Shown here piece by piece: positions 17,599-27,214 of a stretch of DNA of 64,000 nucleotides. The notes under the pieces are model-generated. The model was given only the letters and a program-made list of their open reading frames with translations. It searched no databases and was not told the origin of the DNA. The DNA comes from Escherichia phage GEP001. The stretch lies in sequence record PV173775; one strand, given 5' to 3'. A program made the translations under genes and the position numbers. Within the stretch, counting starts at the first letter, position 1. Each line of letters opens with the position of its first letter.

Positions 17599-19412
17599 CA
17601 ATTGAAAAAGAAATTGAAGGATTGATTCATAAAACTAATAAAGACCTTTTAAACGAGAATGCTAATAAAGATTCTCGTGTTTTTCCAACTCAACGGGACC
17701 TTATGGCTGGTATTGTGTCTAAACACATTGCCAAAAATATGGTCCCGTCTTTTATTATGAAAGCGCATGAAAGCGGAATTATCCATTTCCACGATATTGA
17801 TTATTCCCCTGCTCTTCCATTTACTAATTGTTGTTTAGTAGATTTAAAAGGAATGCTTGAGAACGGATTTAAGCTCGGTAATGCACAGATTGAAACTCCT
17901 AAATCAATCGGCGTTGCTACTGCAATTATGGCACAAATTACTGCGCAGGTTGCTTCTCATCAATATGGTGGAACGACCTTTGCGAATGTAGATAAAGTAC
18001 TTTCTCCTTATGTTAAACGCACCTATGCAAAACATATTGAGGATGCAGAAAAATGGCAAATCGCTGATGCGTTGAATTATGCCCAATCTAAAACAGAAAA
18101 AGACGTATACGATGCATTCCAAGCTTATGAATATGAAGTAAATACTCTCTTTAGTTCAAACGGACAAACGCCTTTTGTAACAATTACATTTGGTACGGGA
18201 ACTGACTGGACTGAACGGATGATTCAGAAAGCAATTCTGAAAAATCGTATTAAAGGTCTCGGTCGTGATGGGATAACTCCTATTTTCCCTAAACTTGTTA
18301 TGTTCGTTGAAGAAGGTGTTAATCTTTATAAAGACGATCCGAACTATGATATTAAGCAGCTTGCTCTAGAGTGTGCAAGCAAAAGAATGTATCCTGACAT
18401 CATTTCGGCTAAGAACAATAAAGCTATCACCGGTTCATCTATTCCTGTTTCTCCAATGGGTTGTCGTAGTTTCTTGGGCGTATGGAAAGATTCGACTGGT
18501 AATGAAATTCTTGATGGACGTAATAATCTTGGTGTTGTAACACTGAATCTTCCTCGTATTGCGTTAGATTCTTATATTGGAACACAGTTCAATGAACAGA
18601 AATTTACTGAATTGTTCAATGAGCGAATGGATTTATGTTTTGAAGCTTTGATGCGTAGAATTAGTTCCTTAAAAGGAGTTAAAGCTACTGTTGCTCCTAT
18701 TCTTTATCAAGAAGGTGCATTCGGGGTTCGTCTTAAACCTGATGACGATATAATTGAGTTATTTAAAAACGGTAGAAGTTCAGTGTCCCTAGGATACATT
18801 GGTATTCACGAATTGAATATTCTTGTCGGTCGTGATATTGGACAAGAAATTTTAACTAAAATGAATATTCATCTTAAACAATGGACTGAAAGAACTGGTT
18901 TTGCTTTTAGCTTATATTCTACTCCTGCTGAAAACCTGTGCTATCGCTTCTGTAAACTTGATACCGAAAAATATGGAAGTGTAAAAGATGTTACCGATAA
19001 AGGCTGGTATACTAACAGTTTCCACGTTTCAGTAGAAGAAAATATTACTCCGTTTGAAAAGATTTCTCGCGAAGCTCCGTATCATTTCATTGCGACAGGT
19101 GGTCACATTTCTTATGTTGAACTTCCTGATATGAAAAATAACCTAAAAGGTCTTGAGGCTGTATGGGATTATGCTGCACAACATTTAGATTATTTTGGTG
19201 TTAACATGCCAGTAGATAAATGTTTTACATGCGGAAGTACCCATGAAATGACTCCTACTGAAAACGGGTTTGTTTGTTCTATTTGTGGAGAAACTGATCC
19301 TAAAAAGATGAACACAATAAGAAGAACTTGTGGTTATTTGGGAAATCCGAATGAACGCGGATTTAATCTCGGCAAAAATAAAGAAATCATGCATAGGGTT
19401 AAACACCAATGA
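17595..19412 (+). CDS. nrdD: anaerobic ribonucleoside-triphosphate reductase
   Basis: 605 aa continuous ORF; C-terminal glycyl-radical motif RRTCGYLG and Cys zinc ribbon; no intron interruption. Confidence 0.95.
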   Translation: MTIEKEIEGLIHKTNKDLLNENANKDSRVFPTQRDLMAGIVSKHIAKNMVPSFIMKAHESGIIHFHDIDYSPALPFTNCCLVDLKGMLENGFKLGNAQIETPKSIGVATAIMAQITAQVASHQYGGTTFANVDKVLSPYVKRTYAKHIEDAEKWQIADALNYAQSKTEKDVYDAFQAYEYEVNTLFSSNGQTPFVTITFGTGTDWTERMIQKAILKNRIKGLGRDGITPIFPKLVMFVEEGVNLYKDDPNYDIKQLALECASKRMYPDIISAKNNKAITGSSIPVSPMGCRSFLGVWKDSTGNEILDGRNNLGVVTLNLPRIALDSYIGTQFNEQKFTELFNERMDLCFEALMRRISSLKGVKATVAPILYQEGAFGVRLKPDDDIIELFKNGRSSVSLGYIGIHELNILVGRDIGQEILTKMNIHLKQWTERTGFAFSLYSTPAENLCYRFCKLDTEKYGSVKDVTDKGWYTNSFHVSVEENITPFEKISREAPYHFIATGGHISYVELPDMKNNLKGLEAVWDYAAQHLDYFGVNMPVDKCFTCGSTHEMTPTENGFVCSICGETDPKKMNTIRRTCGYLGNPNERGFNLGKNKEIMHRVKHQ

Positions 19413-19879
19413 ATTACGATAGATTTTATCCCTGTGATTTTGTGAATGGCCCTGGATGCAGGGTCGTTCTTTTCGTTACAGGTTGTTTGCATAAATGCGA
19501 AGGGTGTTATAATAAATCAACGTGGAATGCTAGAAATGGCGTTCCATTCACTGGTGAAACACTAGAACAATTAATTGAATGTTTGAATAATGATTATATA
19601 GAAGGATTAACTATAACTGGAGGAGACCCTCTCTATCCAGATAACCGAGATGTTGTTCATTGCATTGTTCAAACAGTAAAAAATCTTTATCCGAATAAAA
19701 GCATTTGGTTGTGGACAGGATATAAGTTTGAAGATATTAAACAACTAGAAATGCTTAAATATGTTGATGTTATTATTGATGGGAAGTATGAGAAAAATCT
19801 TCCGACCAAAAAGCTGTGGCGAGGATCAGATAATCAGCGACTTTGGTCAAATACCGATGGGGTGTGGAAACATGATTAA
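19409..19879 (+). CDS. nrdG: anaerobic RNR activating protein (radical SAM)
   Basis: 156 aa; CxxxCxxC cluster (CLHKCEGC); ATGA overlap with nrdD. Confidence 0.9.
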   Translation: MNYDRFYPCDFVNGPGCRVVLFVTGCLHKCEGCYNKSTWNARNGVPFTGETLEQLIECLNNDYIEGLTITGGDPLYPDNRDVVHCIVQTVKNLYPNKSIWLWTGYKFEDIKQLEMLKYVDVIIDGKYEKNLPTKKLWRGSDNQRLWSNTDGVWKHD

Positions 19880-19994
19880 ATTGAATTATATCATGGATAC
19901 CATAAATGATATGATTTTTCATTTTGGTCCAGAATTTTATTCGCAATATAGTTTAGTGCTTATCAATGCTTGGTTAATCAATTAAGGGTAAAAT

Positions 19995-20210
19995 ATGTAT
20001 AAATTTCGTAAAGGTTTAGCTGATTTTCTTACAACTGTAACATTCTTTCTGTTTATGGCAGTTGGAGCTATTTTTCTTATTCCTTTTATTGTTATATTTT
20101 TCGTAATTAGTTTGATTTCTCCAGAAAAAGGACTGTCTTCTAGCGAGTTCAATGAGCGCCTGGATAAAATTACTAACAAACTGAATGCTGTTCTTGATAA
20201 AAAGGCTTAA
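19995..20210 (+). CDS. small membrane protein (71 aa)
   Basis: AAGGG SD; long hydrophobic central segment. Confidence 0.5.
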   Translation: MYKFRKGLADFLTTVTFFLFMAVGAIFLIPFIVIFFVISLISPEKGLSSSEFNERLDKITNKLNAVLDKKA

Positions 20211-20212
20211 TT

Positions 20213-20524
20213 ATGATTAGTTTTGAGCGGTATGTGGTAGAGAGTTGGAAGGGTTTTGATATGTTCGGTAATGACTATTATTTCTATGAATGTAGTCTAA
20301 ATCCTAGTTTTTGGGCTGGACGAGAACGAGAACTTGAAGAAATTAATAACCGTGCTGAATTGTTAGGTGAATTACCTACGGTTTATTTTACCTTTGATGC
20401 ATCTGGATTTGTTATCCAGGTTTATTTTCCTGAAGAAAATTCTGGCGATGATTCTGTTAACCCGCCATACTGGGCTTATCAAGGAATTATTTCTCGTGGA
20501 ACAAAACTCGAACTTAAAGAATAA
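20213..20524 (+). CDS. hypothetical protein (103 aa)
   Basis: AAAGG SD; ATG 3 nt after upstream stop. Confidence 0.5.
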   Translation: MISFERYVVESWKGFDMFGNDYYFYECSLNPSFWAGRERELEEINNRAELLGELPTVYFTFDASGFVIQVYFPEENSGDDSVNPPYWAYQGIISRGTKLELKE

Positions 20525-20819
20525 GATTGAAGTCTATGGAATTCCAGATGAAGTAGGTCGTTGTCCTGGATGTCAATCAGTTACAAAACTTCTAAAGGAG
20601 CTCAATGCTCCTTTTACTTTCTATAAAGTTCTTACAAATAATGGTAAGATTGAGTATGATCGCCCACTGATTGTATCTCTTGCTAAACGTGCTGGATTCA
20701 CATCTCTTAACATTCGTTATCCAGTCATTTTCATCAATGATTCTAGACAAAAGAACATTAAACACTTCAAAGAAACTCTCATTTCACTTGGATATGATAG
20801 TGATATCATAGAAGACTAA
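20496..20819 (+). CDS. nrdH: NrdH-like glutaredoxin
   Basis: CPGC redox motif in glutaredoxin-like beta-alpha-beta start; start assigned to GTG 20496 (AAGGAA SD), uncertain. Confidence 0.6.
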   Translation: MEQNSNLKNKIEVYGIPDEVGRCPGCQSVTKLLKELNAPFTFYKVLTNNGKIEYDRPLIVSLAKRAGFTSLNIRYPVIFINDSRQKNIKHFKETLISLGYDSDIIED

Positions 20820-20822
20820 GAC

Positions 20823-20843
20823 GGGCCCTCTGGGCCTTTCTTT
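20823..20843 (+). terminator. probable terminator hairpin
   Basis: GGCCC / GGGCC stem, 3-nt loop, T-rich tail. Confidence 0.45.
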
Positions 20844-20916
20844 CTCACATTCTGTATATTACCATTCTAACTATCATTCACTTCTTATCATTCCCTAAAA
20901 TAATTTTCACAAAGTT

Positions 20917-20946
20917 GTTTACAAGAAGTTCAAACTGTGGTATTAT
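20917..20946 (+). promoter_or_regulatory. T4-type early promoter
   Basis: GTTTACAAG, 18-nt spacer, TGTGGTATTAT. Confidence 0.55.
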
Positions 20947-20976
20947 TAACATATGAATTGCCTTTGAGGATTTGAT

Positions 20977-21153
20977 ATGGTTGATAAAGAGATTAAAAGG
21001 GATCAGTATTATCGTGTTAACGGACATATTGTTATTGTTACAGCAGTAGATGATCTAGATGTTCATTATACTGTACTTAAATGGAACAAACACATGATTT
21101 GTGACCGTGCTGTATTTAGTTCAGTTGCTAAGGAAATTAAACTCCATGGGTAA
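20977..21153 (+). CDS. hypothetical small protein (58 aa)
   Basis: GAGGA SD before ATG downstream of early promoter; not in ORF track (<60 aa). Confidence 0.35.
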   Translation: MVDKEIKRDQYYRVNGHIVIVTAVDDLDVHYTVLKWNKHMICDRAVFSSVAKEIKLHG

Positions 21154-21439
21154 AACGTATCGTCGTAAAGATTTAAAAGTGCGTGATTATGACTATTTCG
21201 GAAAGCGTAAAGCTCCTGATGGTGTAAGTCATAAAGATATGGTTGAAAACATTTTTCGCTCTGATAAATGGCGTAGAATGAAAGGCATTGATTCAGAAGT
21301 TAAAGATGAGCTAAATCGTCAATTGCGTAGTGAAGTAAGAAAGTTGAAAAAATCAGTTTACATTGACGATGATTTTGATTATAATACTTCTCAACGAGTT
21401 GCTAAGCGTAAATCAAACGAGTGTTATCGTTATAGCTGA
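21146..21439 (+). CDS. hypothetical basic protein (97 aa)
   Basis: AAGGAA SD 10 nt before ATG 21146. Confidence 0.5.
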   Translation: MGKTYRRKDLKVRDYDYFGKRKAPDGVSHKDMVENIFRSDKWRRMKGIDSEVKDELNRQLRSEVRKLKKSVYIDDDFDYNTSQRVAKRKSNECYRYS

Positions 21440-21446
21440 GGAAAAT

Positions 21447-21578
21447 ATGAATATCAAACGCATGCTTTTTAAACAAGGATTATACACTTTAAATGTTGCT
21501 CCAAAAGGCGATACGACCAAGTGGTCAGTAAATGACTGGATTAAATTCATTGATGAAAACGGTAACTGGAAAATTTAA
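21447..21578 (+). CDS. hypothetical small protein (43 aa)
   Basis: TGAGGAAAA SD before ATG 21447. Confidence 0.4.
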   Translation: MNIKRMLFKQGLYTLNVAPKGDTTKWSVNDWIKFIDENGNWKI

Positions 21579-21779
21579 ATGAATCCTGAATCTAAATTAT
21601 CACAACGAATTGCCGAAGCTCGTCGTCAGTTCTTTGAAAATATGATAGCCCAAGGTATTGATGACGAAGTTTTTCTGAACTGGTTTTGGAATCACAAATA
21701 TTCAAGTTGCTCAGGAGCAATATTAATATCAGCCGCAATGATGTACGAAGGCTGGAAGGGTGCCAAACAGTTTAGCTAA
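21579..21779 (+). CDS. hypothetical protein (66 aa)
   Basis: ATG directly after upstream stop; followed by hairpin terminator. Confidence 0.5.
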   Translation: MNPESKLSQRIAEARRQFFENMIAQGIDDEVFLNWFWNHKYSSCSGAILISAAMMYEGWKGAKQFS

Positions 21780-21796
21780 GGGCTTCGGCCCTTTTT
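21780..21796 (+). terminator. intrinsic terminator (UUCG hairpin)
   Basis: GGGC TTCG GCCC followed by TTTTT. Confidence 0.7.
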
Positions 21797-21831
21797 GGAT
21801 AATAAAATTTTAACGTAATTGAGGATAATGT

Positions 21832-22158
21832 ATGACTATTCAAATTAAAAACGCCATCAATTCTTATGCATATGATAAAGTAGTTTCTTTGCTAGAAAAA
21901 GGCGATATTGTAACTCCTCAAATTTTGGATAAATGGGAAAAAGAGCTTCATCAGACGATGAAACAGAATGATCAGAAGATTGGACGAAATACTGTCCGTG
22001 AATTGTTGGTTCAATATATCTTGTCAGAATTTGATGTTAAAGCTTTTGGCGTAGAATCTAAAGCTTATCAAAAGCATGAAATTTCTGATAAAACTATTCG
22101 TCGTATGAAAAATCAACGCAAGAAAAAATTTGCTGACCTGAAAATTACTAAGGCATAA
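21832..22158 (+). CDS. hypothetical protein (108 aa)
   Basis: GAGGA SD. Confidence 0.55.
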   Translation: MTIQIKNAINSYAYDKVVSLLEKGDIVTPQILDKWEKELHQTMKQNDQKIGRNTVRELLVQYILSEFDVKAFGVESKAYQKHEISDKTIRRMKNQRKKKFADLKITKA

Positions 22159-22160
22159 TT

Positions 22161-22376
22161 ATGAACGAAGCTCTTATTAACGATTTACGTCTTGCCGGAT
22201 ATGAAGTAAATATAAACGGCGTTGGTTTAACTCAAATTGAAGGAAATGGATTCATCCTTGAGTATGAATTTAGCCAATGGTGGTTATACGCTAATTACGG
22301 CGAATTGATTGAATACGTTGACCAATTTGATTCACTAGATGCAGCTCTTGAAGCGGCTAAGTTGATGAATGTATGA
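22161..22376 (+). CDS. hypothetical protein (71 aa)
   Basis: AAGG SD; 2 nt after previous stop. Confidence 0.5.
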   Translation: MNEALINDLRLAGYEVNINGVGLTQIEGNGFILEYEFSQWWLYANYGELIEYVDQFDSLDAALEAAKLMNV

Positions 22377-22642
22377 AATTTATTAATATTTCTATTACTA
22401 TTGAAAATTATGGCATTTTCTATGTTGACCAATACATGAAAATTTCATTTTTCCCAAATAAGACTGGTGTTGGATATTGGGAAAGCCATGTTTCTGAATT
22501 AAATGAAAGCGAATATGTTAGCACACATGAAAAGTTTTTAGACTTTTTATATCATGCTGATTTAACTAGTCATTACATAGATATTCATGAATTTAAAAAG
22601 ATGATGGAGAAAGTGTTCCAAGCATACTGTTTACTTAGATAA
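22373..22642 (+). CDS. hypothetical protein (89 aa)
   Basis: ATGA overlap. Confidence 0.5.
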   Translation: MKFINISITIENYGIFYVDQYMKISFFPNKTGVGYWESHVSELNESEYVSTHEKFLDFLYHADLTSHYIDIHEFKKMMEKVFQAYCLLR

Positions 22643-22652
22643 CTGATATCCT

Positions 22653-22691
22653 CTATGCTTTAAGATAGATCTTCAAATATTATGATATAAT
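22653..22691 (+). promoter_or_regulatory. promoter region upstream of gene 55 with MotA-box-like element
   Basis: TGCTTTA 22656-22662 followed by AT-rich -10 candidates and AGATCT-containing palindromes; exact -10 unclear. Confidence 0.35.
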
Positions 22692-22720
22692 AGATCTATG
22701 AATTGAGCTAAGAGGTGAAA

Positions 22721-23278
22721 ATGTCAGAAACTAAGCCTAAATATAATTACGTAAACAATAAAGAGCTTTTACAAGCTATTATTGATTGGAAAACAGAATT
22801 AGCAAATAATAAAGACCCAAATAAAGTAGTTCGTCAGAATGATACCATCGGATTAGCCATTATGCTTATTGCAGAAGGCTTATCTAAACGTTTCAACTTT
22901 TCAGGATACACCCAGTCTTGGAAACAAGAAATGATTGCAGATGGTATAGAAGCTTCTATTAAGGGGCTTCATAATTTTGACGAAACGAAATATAAAAACC
23001 CACATGCATATATAACTCAAGCTTGTTTTAATGCATTCGTCCAACGTATTAAAAAAGAACGTAAGGAAGTTGCAAAGAAATATAGTTACTTCGTTCACAA
23101 TGTCTATGACAGTCGTGACGACGATATGGTTGCGTTAGTAGATGAAACTTTTATTCAAGACATCTACGATAAAATGACGCATTACGAAGAATCAACCTAT
23201 AGAACACCGGGGGCTGAAAAGAAAAGTGTTGTAGACGATTCTCCTAGTTTGGATTTTTTATATGAGGCTAACGATTAA
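22721..23278 (+). CDS. 55: late-transcription sigma factor gp55
   Basis: 185 aa from ATG 22721 (AAGAGG SD); sequence matches T4 gp55 as recalled. Confidence 0.9.
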
Positions 23279-23480
23279 CCTCTCCGGATTCTTGGAAGAA
23301 ATACCTGAAGTTGAAGCTATTCCCTATTTACTTAAAATGTATCTCAGGGAAGTTTTAGCTCTTGACATTGATATTGATCCAGAAAATCCGTATGATACCG
23401 CTTTTAAATCTAACGGTGTAGAATTAAACTATCGGTATCATTTAACAGATGATGATTTTTATTTTATATTAGAGAAATAA
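23262..23480 (+). CDS. hypothetical acidic protein (72 aa)
   Basis: ORF overlapping the 3' end of gene 55; weak SD. Confidence 0.45.
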
Positions 23481-23481
23481 T

Positions 23482-23799
23482 ATGACTGATAAACCCGAAA
23501 TTAATGATGAAGTGGAAAAGCTTATTTCTTCTATTGAAGAAAAGAACCGTCTTGAAGCAGAAAGAAAAGCAAATAAGTTATTGTCTAAAAATAAACGCGA
23601 ACTGAACCGTCTTTATAAACACGCTCAGATTGCAGCTGAAAACAATAATTTTGCTCAATACGAATATGCTATCAAGAAAAGTCGGGATATTCTAAAACAG
23701 CCATATAACGATGAACTCATTAGTATTCTTTGGAAGACTACTAGATCGCAGATTGAGGATATGATTGATGCTTACACACGTAAAATTCAAGCGTCTTAA
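23482..23799 (+). CDS. hypothetical protein (105 aa)
   Basis: ATG after AGAGAAA; helical, charged. Confidence 0.5.
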   Translation: MTDKPEINDEVEKLISSIEEKNRLEAERKANKLLSKNKRELNRLYKHAQIAAENNNFAQYEYAIKKSRDILKQPYNDELISILWKTTRSQIEDMIDAYTRKIQAS

Positions 23800-23971
23800 A
23801 ATTAATGCAGGATTTACTGAATCTTTGAATGGTCATCTTTGTGTGAAAATTTCTGAAAAAGAATACCATGATAGTTCAATTAAAGAAGTTAATCCTCCTA
23901 TTGTAAGAGCAGACCCTAATATGAAAGTGTGGGTTGATTCTTATCAAGTCAAAAAATGGTGGCAATTGTGA
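23768..23971 (+). CDS. hypothetical protein (67 aa)
   Basis: GAGGA SD 9 nt before ATG 23768. Confidence 0.45.
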   Translation: MLTHVKFKRLKINAGFTESLNGHLCVKISEKEYHDSSIKEVNPPIVRADPNMKVWVDSYQVKKWWQL

Positions 23972-23974
23972 AAG

Positions 23975-24148
23975 ATGAACACCCAGACTTCTGAAATAGA
24001 TTATAATAAAATTCGTTCCTCTAAAGTAGAAATGATGAGACGCTTTAAAGAGGCTCACGATAAAGCTAAAGCAGAAGGAACTATAACATATAAGCGCATA
24101 AAATTTAGAAGCTCTAACGAGCCTCTGTATGGTGTATTATGCGGATAG
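23975..24148 (+). CDS. hypothetical small protein (57 aa)
   Basis: ATG 3 nt after upstream stop; ends in a hairpin; not in ORF track. Confidence 0.35.
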   Translation: MNTQTSEIDYNKIRSSKVEMMRRFKEAHDKAKAEGTITYKRIKFRSSNEPLYGVLCG

Positions 24149-24164
24149 GAGCTTCGGCTCCTAT
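24145..24164 (+). terminator. UUCG hairpin, possible terminator/RNA stability element
   Basis: ATAGGAGC TTCG GCTCCTAT; weak T tail. Confidence 0.4.
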
Positions 24165-24190
24165 ATTGCTTTATAAATTTTTGGTAAAAT
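24164..24190 (+). promoter_or_regulatory. candidate middle promoter upstream of a-gt
   Basis: TGCTTTA 24167-24173, 11 nt, TAAAAT 24185-24190. Confidence 0.5.
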
Positions 24191-24214
24191 AAACCAAAAC
24201 AATGAGGATATTAA

Positions 24215-25417
24215 ATGAAAGTATGCATTTTTATGGCTCGAGGTCTTGAAGGTTGTGGTGTAACTAAATTTTCTCTTGAGCAACGTGATTGGTTTATTAA
24301 AAATGGTCATGAAGTAACTTTGGTTTATGCTAAAGATAAATCATTTACTCGTAATTGCGCGCATGATTATAAATCATTTTCAATTCCGGTTTTATTGGCA
24401 AAAGAATACGATAAAACACTTAAGCTGGTAAATGATTGTGATATTCTAGTTATCAATTCAGTTCCTGCTACTTCAGTCGAAGAAGACACTATTAATAACT
24501 ATAAAAAAATTATTGATAACATTAAACCTTCGGTTCGTGTTGTAGTTTATCAGCATGACCATTCTTCTCTTTCTTTGCGCCGAAATTTGGGATTAGAAGA
24601 AACTGTTCGTCGAGCTGATGTTATTTTTAGTCATTCTGATAATGGCGATTTTAATAAAGTTTTGATGAAAGAATGGTATCCGGAAACTGTTTCTCTGTTT
24701 GATGATATTGAAGAAGCACCGACTGTATATAACTTTCAGCCTCCTATGGATATTGCGAAGGTTCGATCAACCTACTGGAAAGATGTTTCTGAAATTAACA
24801 TGAATATCAACCGTTGGATTGGTCGTACTACTACATGGAAAGGCTTTTATCAGATGTTTGATTTTCACGAAAAACATCTTAAACCTGCAGGACTAAGTAC
24901 TATTATGGAAGGTCTGGAACGTTCTCCAGCATTCATTCCTATTAAAGAAAAAGGAATTCCATACGAGTATTATCGTCTTCATCAAGTAGACCAAATTAAA
25001 ATTGCTCCTAATTTGCCAACGCAAATTCTCGACCGTTATGTAAATAGCGAAATGCTTGAACGCATGAGTAAATCCGGATTTGGTTATCAGTTGAGTAAAT
25101 TAGATAAAAAATATTTACAACGTTCTTTAGAATATACTCATCTCGAGCTTGGTGCATGTGGAACAATTCCAGTATTTTGGAAATCTACTGGTGAAAATTT
25201 AAAATTCCGTGTTGATAACACTCCGTTAATTTCTCATGATAGCGGTATCGTTTGGTTTGATGAAAATGACATGGAATCAACATTTGAACGTATTAAAGAA
25301 CTGTCATCTGACCGAGCTCTTTATGACCGCGAACGTGAAAAAGCTTATGAATTTTTGTATCAGCATCAAGATTCAAGCTTCTGCTTTAAAGAACAGTTTG
25401 ACATTATTACAAAATAA
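24215..25417 (+). CDS. agt: DNA alpha-glucosyltransferase
   Basis: 400 aa; near-identical to T4 alpha-gt as recalled; GAGGA SD; MotA-box promoter upstream. Confidence 0.9.
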   Translation: MKVCIFMARGLEGCGVTKFSLEQRDWFIKNGHEVTLVYAKDKSFTRNCAHDYKSFSIPVLLAKEYDKTLKLVNDCDILVINSVPATSVEEDTINNYKKIIDNIKPSVRVVVYQHDHSSLSLRRNLGLEETVRRADVIFSHSDNGDFNKVLMKEWYPETVSLFDDIEEAPTVYNFQPPMDIAKVRSTYWKDVSEINMNINRWIGRTTTWKGFYQMFDFHEKHLKPAGLSTIMEGLERSPAFIPIKEKGIPYEYYRLHQVDQIKIAPNLPTQILDRYVNSEMLERMSKSGFGYQLSKLDKKYLQRSLEYTHLELGACGTIPVFWKSTGENLKFRVDNTPLISHDSGIVWFDENDMESTFERIKELSSDRALYDREREKAYEFLYQHQDSSFCFKEQFDIITK

Positions 25418-25433
25418 AGGGCTTCGGCCCTTT
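25416..25433 (+). terminator. UUCG hairpin after a-gt
   Basis: AAAGGGC TTCG GCCCTTT; no long U tract. Confidence 0.5.
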
Positions 25434-25456
25434 AGCTTTATACGGAGTTTGATATA

Positions 25457-25597
25457 ATGATATTTCTTGGATATGTGATACTTTTTCTAGCGTTTTATCT
25501 ATTCACTAGAGCATGTTGGATTGGGTTCTTTAGCACTCCAGATGGATTTATTTCAATAATTTTATTTTGCATTTCAATGACGGTTCTTGATATATGA
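25457..25597 (+). CDS. small hydrophobic membrane peptide (46 aa)
   Basis: GGAG SD 9 nt upstream; two hydrophobic stretches; ATGA overlap with downstream gene. Confidence 0.4.
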   Translation: MIFLGYVILFLAFYLFTRACWIGFFSTPDGFISIILFCISMTVLDI

Positions 25598-26142
25598 AAA
25601 AATATATAACTTATTTAACAATATATAGTGGAGATAAACTTCCTCCTTTTTATATTGGATCTACATCTTTAGACAGGCATTTAGCCGGATATCATGGATC
25701 AGTTTTATCTAAAAAGTATAAGAAAATTTATAATGAAGAACTTTCAAATAACCCACATTTATTTGATTCATGCATTTTAGATGAATTTGATACGCGCGAA
25801 GAAGCTATTAAATGCGAACTATATTATCAACGTTTGCATGATGCGGTTAAAAATCCATTATTCTTTAATATGTCATATGCTGCTCCAAAAGGTTCATTTG
25901 GAAGAGATATTAAAGGACAAAATCATCCATTATATGGTTCTCATAATTGTAAAGGAAACATACATTCACATGACCCATTAACAGGAAAATCTGCCTTTTT
26001 ACCGTATATTCCAGAAGGTTATGTAAAAGGAAGGTCAAATAAATTTAAAGCTTCATCACATAATAAAGGTAAAAAATGGTATAATAACGGAGTTAAGCAA
26101 ATGTTATGTCATGAACCTCCTGGTCCTGAATGGACAAAATGA
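25594..26142 (+). CDS. GIY-YIG-like nuclease domain protein (possible Seg-type homing endonuclease)
   Basis: N-terminal ...IYSG-x8-YIGST...R... resembling GIY-YIG; segments similar to I-TevI-like (DSCILDEF); 182 aa. Confidence 0.5.
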   Translation: MKKYITYLTIYSGDKLPPFYIGSTSLDRHLAGYHGSVLSKKYKKIYNEELSNNPHLFDSCILDEFDTREEAIKCELYYQRLHDAVKNPLFFNMSYAAPKGSFGRDIKGQNHPLYGSHNCKGNIHSHDPLTGKSAFLPYIPEGYVKGRSNKFKASSHNKGKKWYNNGVKQMLCHEPPGPEWTK

Positions 26143-26194
26143 AAAATTAAAGAACTAGTTTCAAAAGCAGCTAAATTAGGATGGAAAAGACACC

Positions 26195-27214
26195 ATGAAA
26201 ATACTAAACTTGGGTGATTGGCATTTAGGCGTTAAAGCTGATGATGAATGGATTCGCGGTATTCAAATTGATGGAATTAAACAAGCGATAGAATGTTCTA
26301 AGAAAAATGGAATTACTGTATGGATTCAATACGGTGATATTTTTGATGTGCGAAAAGCGATTACGCATAAAACTATGGAGTTTGCACGTGAAATAGTTCA
26401 AATGCTTGATGACGCTGGAATCACATTACATACTATTGTAGGAAATCACGATCTCCATTATAAAAATGTAATGCATCCAAATGCTTCTACTGAGCTTTTG
26501 GCTAAATATCCTAATGTTAAAGTATATGATAAGCCTACTACAGTAGATTTTGACGGATGTTTGATTGATTTAATTCCTTGGATGTGCGAAGAAAATACTG
26601 GTGAAATTCTTGAACACATCAAAACTTCATCTGCTTCTTTTTGTGTCGGTCACTGGGAGCTGAATGGATTTTATTTTTATAAAGGAATGAAATCTCACGG
26701 TCTTGAACCTGATTTCCTTAAGACTTATAAAGAGGTGTGGTCTGGTCACTTCCATACTATCTCTGAGGCTGCTAACGTCAGATATATTGGGACACCATGG
26801 ACACTAACTGCAGGTGACGAGAATGACCCTCGCGGGTTCTGGATGTTTGATACAGAAACAGAACGAATGGAATTTATTCCAAACAACACTACCTGGCATC
26901 GTCGAATTCATTATCCATTTAAGGGAAAAATTGACTATAAAGATTTTACAAATCTGTCAGTACGTGTTATAGTAACTGAGGTAGACAAAAATCTGACAAA
27001 GTTCGAATCTGAACTAGAAAAAGTTGTGCATTCATTACGAGTTGTGTCAAAGATTGATAACTCTGTCGAGTCAGATGATAGTGAAGAAGTTGAAGTTCAA
27101 TCTCTTCAGACATTGATGGAAGAATACATTAATGCAATTCCAGACATCACTGATTCTGACCGTGAAGCACTTATTCAATATGCAAATCAGTTATATGTAG
27201 AGGCAACACAATGA
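26195..27214 (+). CDS. 47: recombination endonuclease subunit gp47 (Mre11-like)
   Basis: 339 aa; phosphoesterase motifs GDWHLG, GDIFD, GNHD; matches T4 gp47. Confidence 0.9.
   Translation: MKILNLGDWHLGVKADDEWIRGIQIDGIKQAIECSKKNGITVWIQYGDIFDVRKAITHKTMEFAREIVQMLDDAGITLHTIVGNHDLHYKNVMHPNASTELLAKYPNVKVYDKPTTVDFDGCLIDLIPWMCEENTGEILEHIKTSSASFCVGHWELNGFYFYKGMKSHGLEPDFLKTYKEVWSGHFHTISEAANVRYIGTPWTLTAGDENDPRGFWMFDTETERMEFIPNNTTWHRRIHYPFKGKIDYKDFTNLSVRVIVTEVDKNLTKFESELEKVVHSLRVVSKIDNSVESDDSEEVEVQSLQTLMEEYINAIPDITDSDREALIQYANQLYVEATQ

Noticed and set aside
17595-19412. Group I intron / intron-encoded endonuclease inside nrdD
   Set aside because: The nrdD reading frame is continuous through the C-terminal glycyl-radical motif; no interruption was seen.
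19872-19985. 37-codon ORF overlapping the nrdG stop
   Set aside because: Weak SD and very short; the evidence does not support a separate call.
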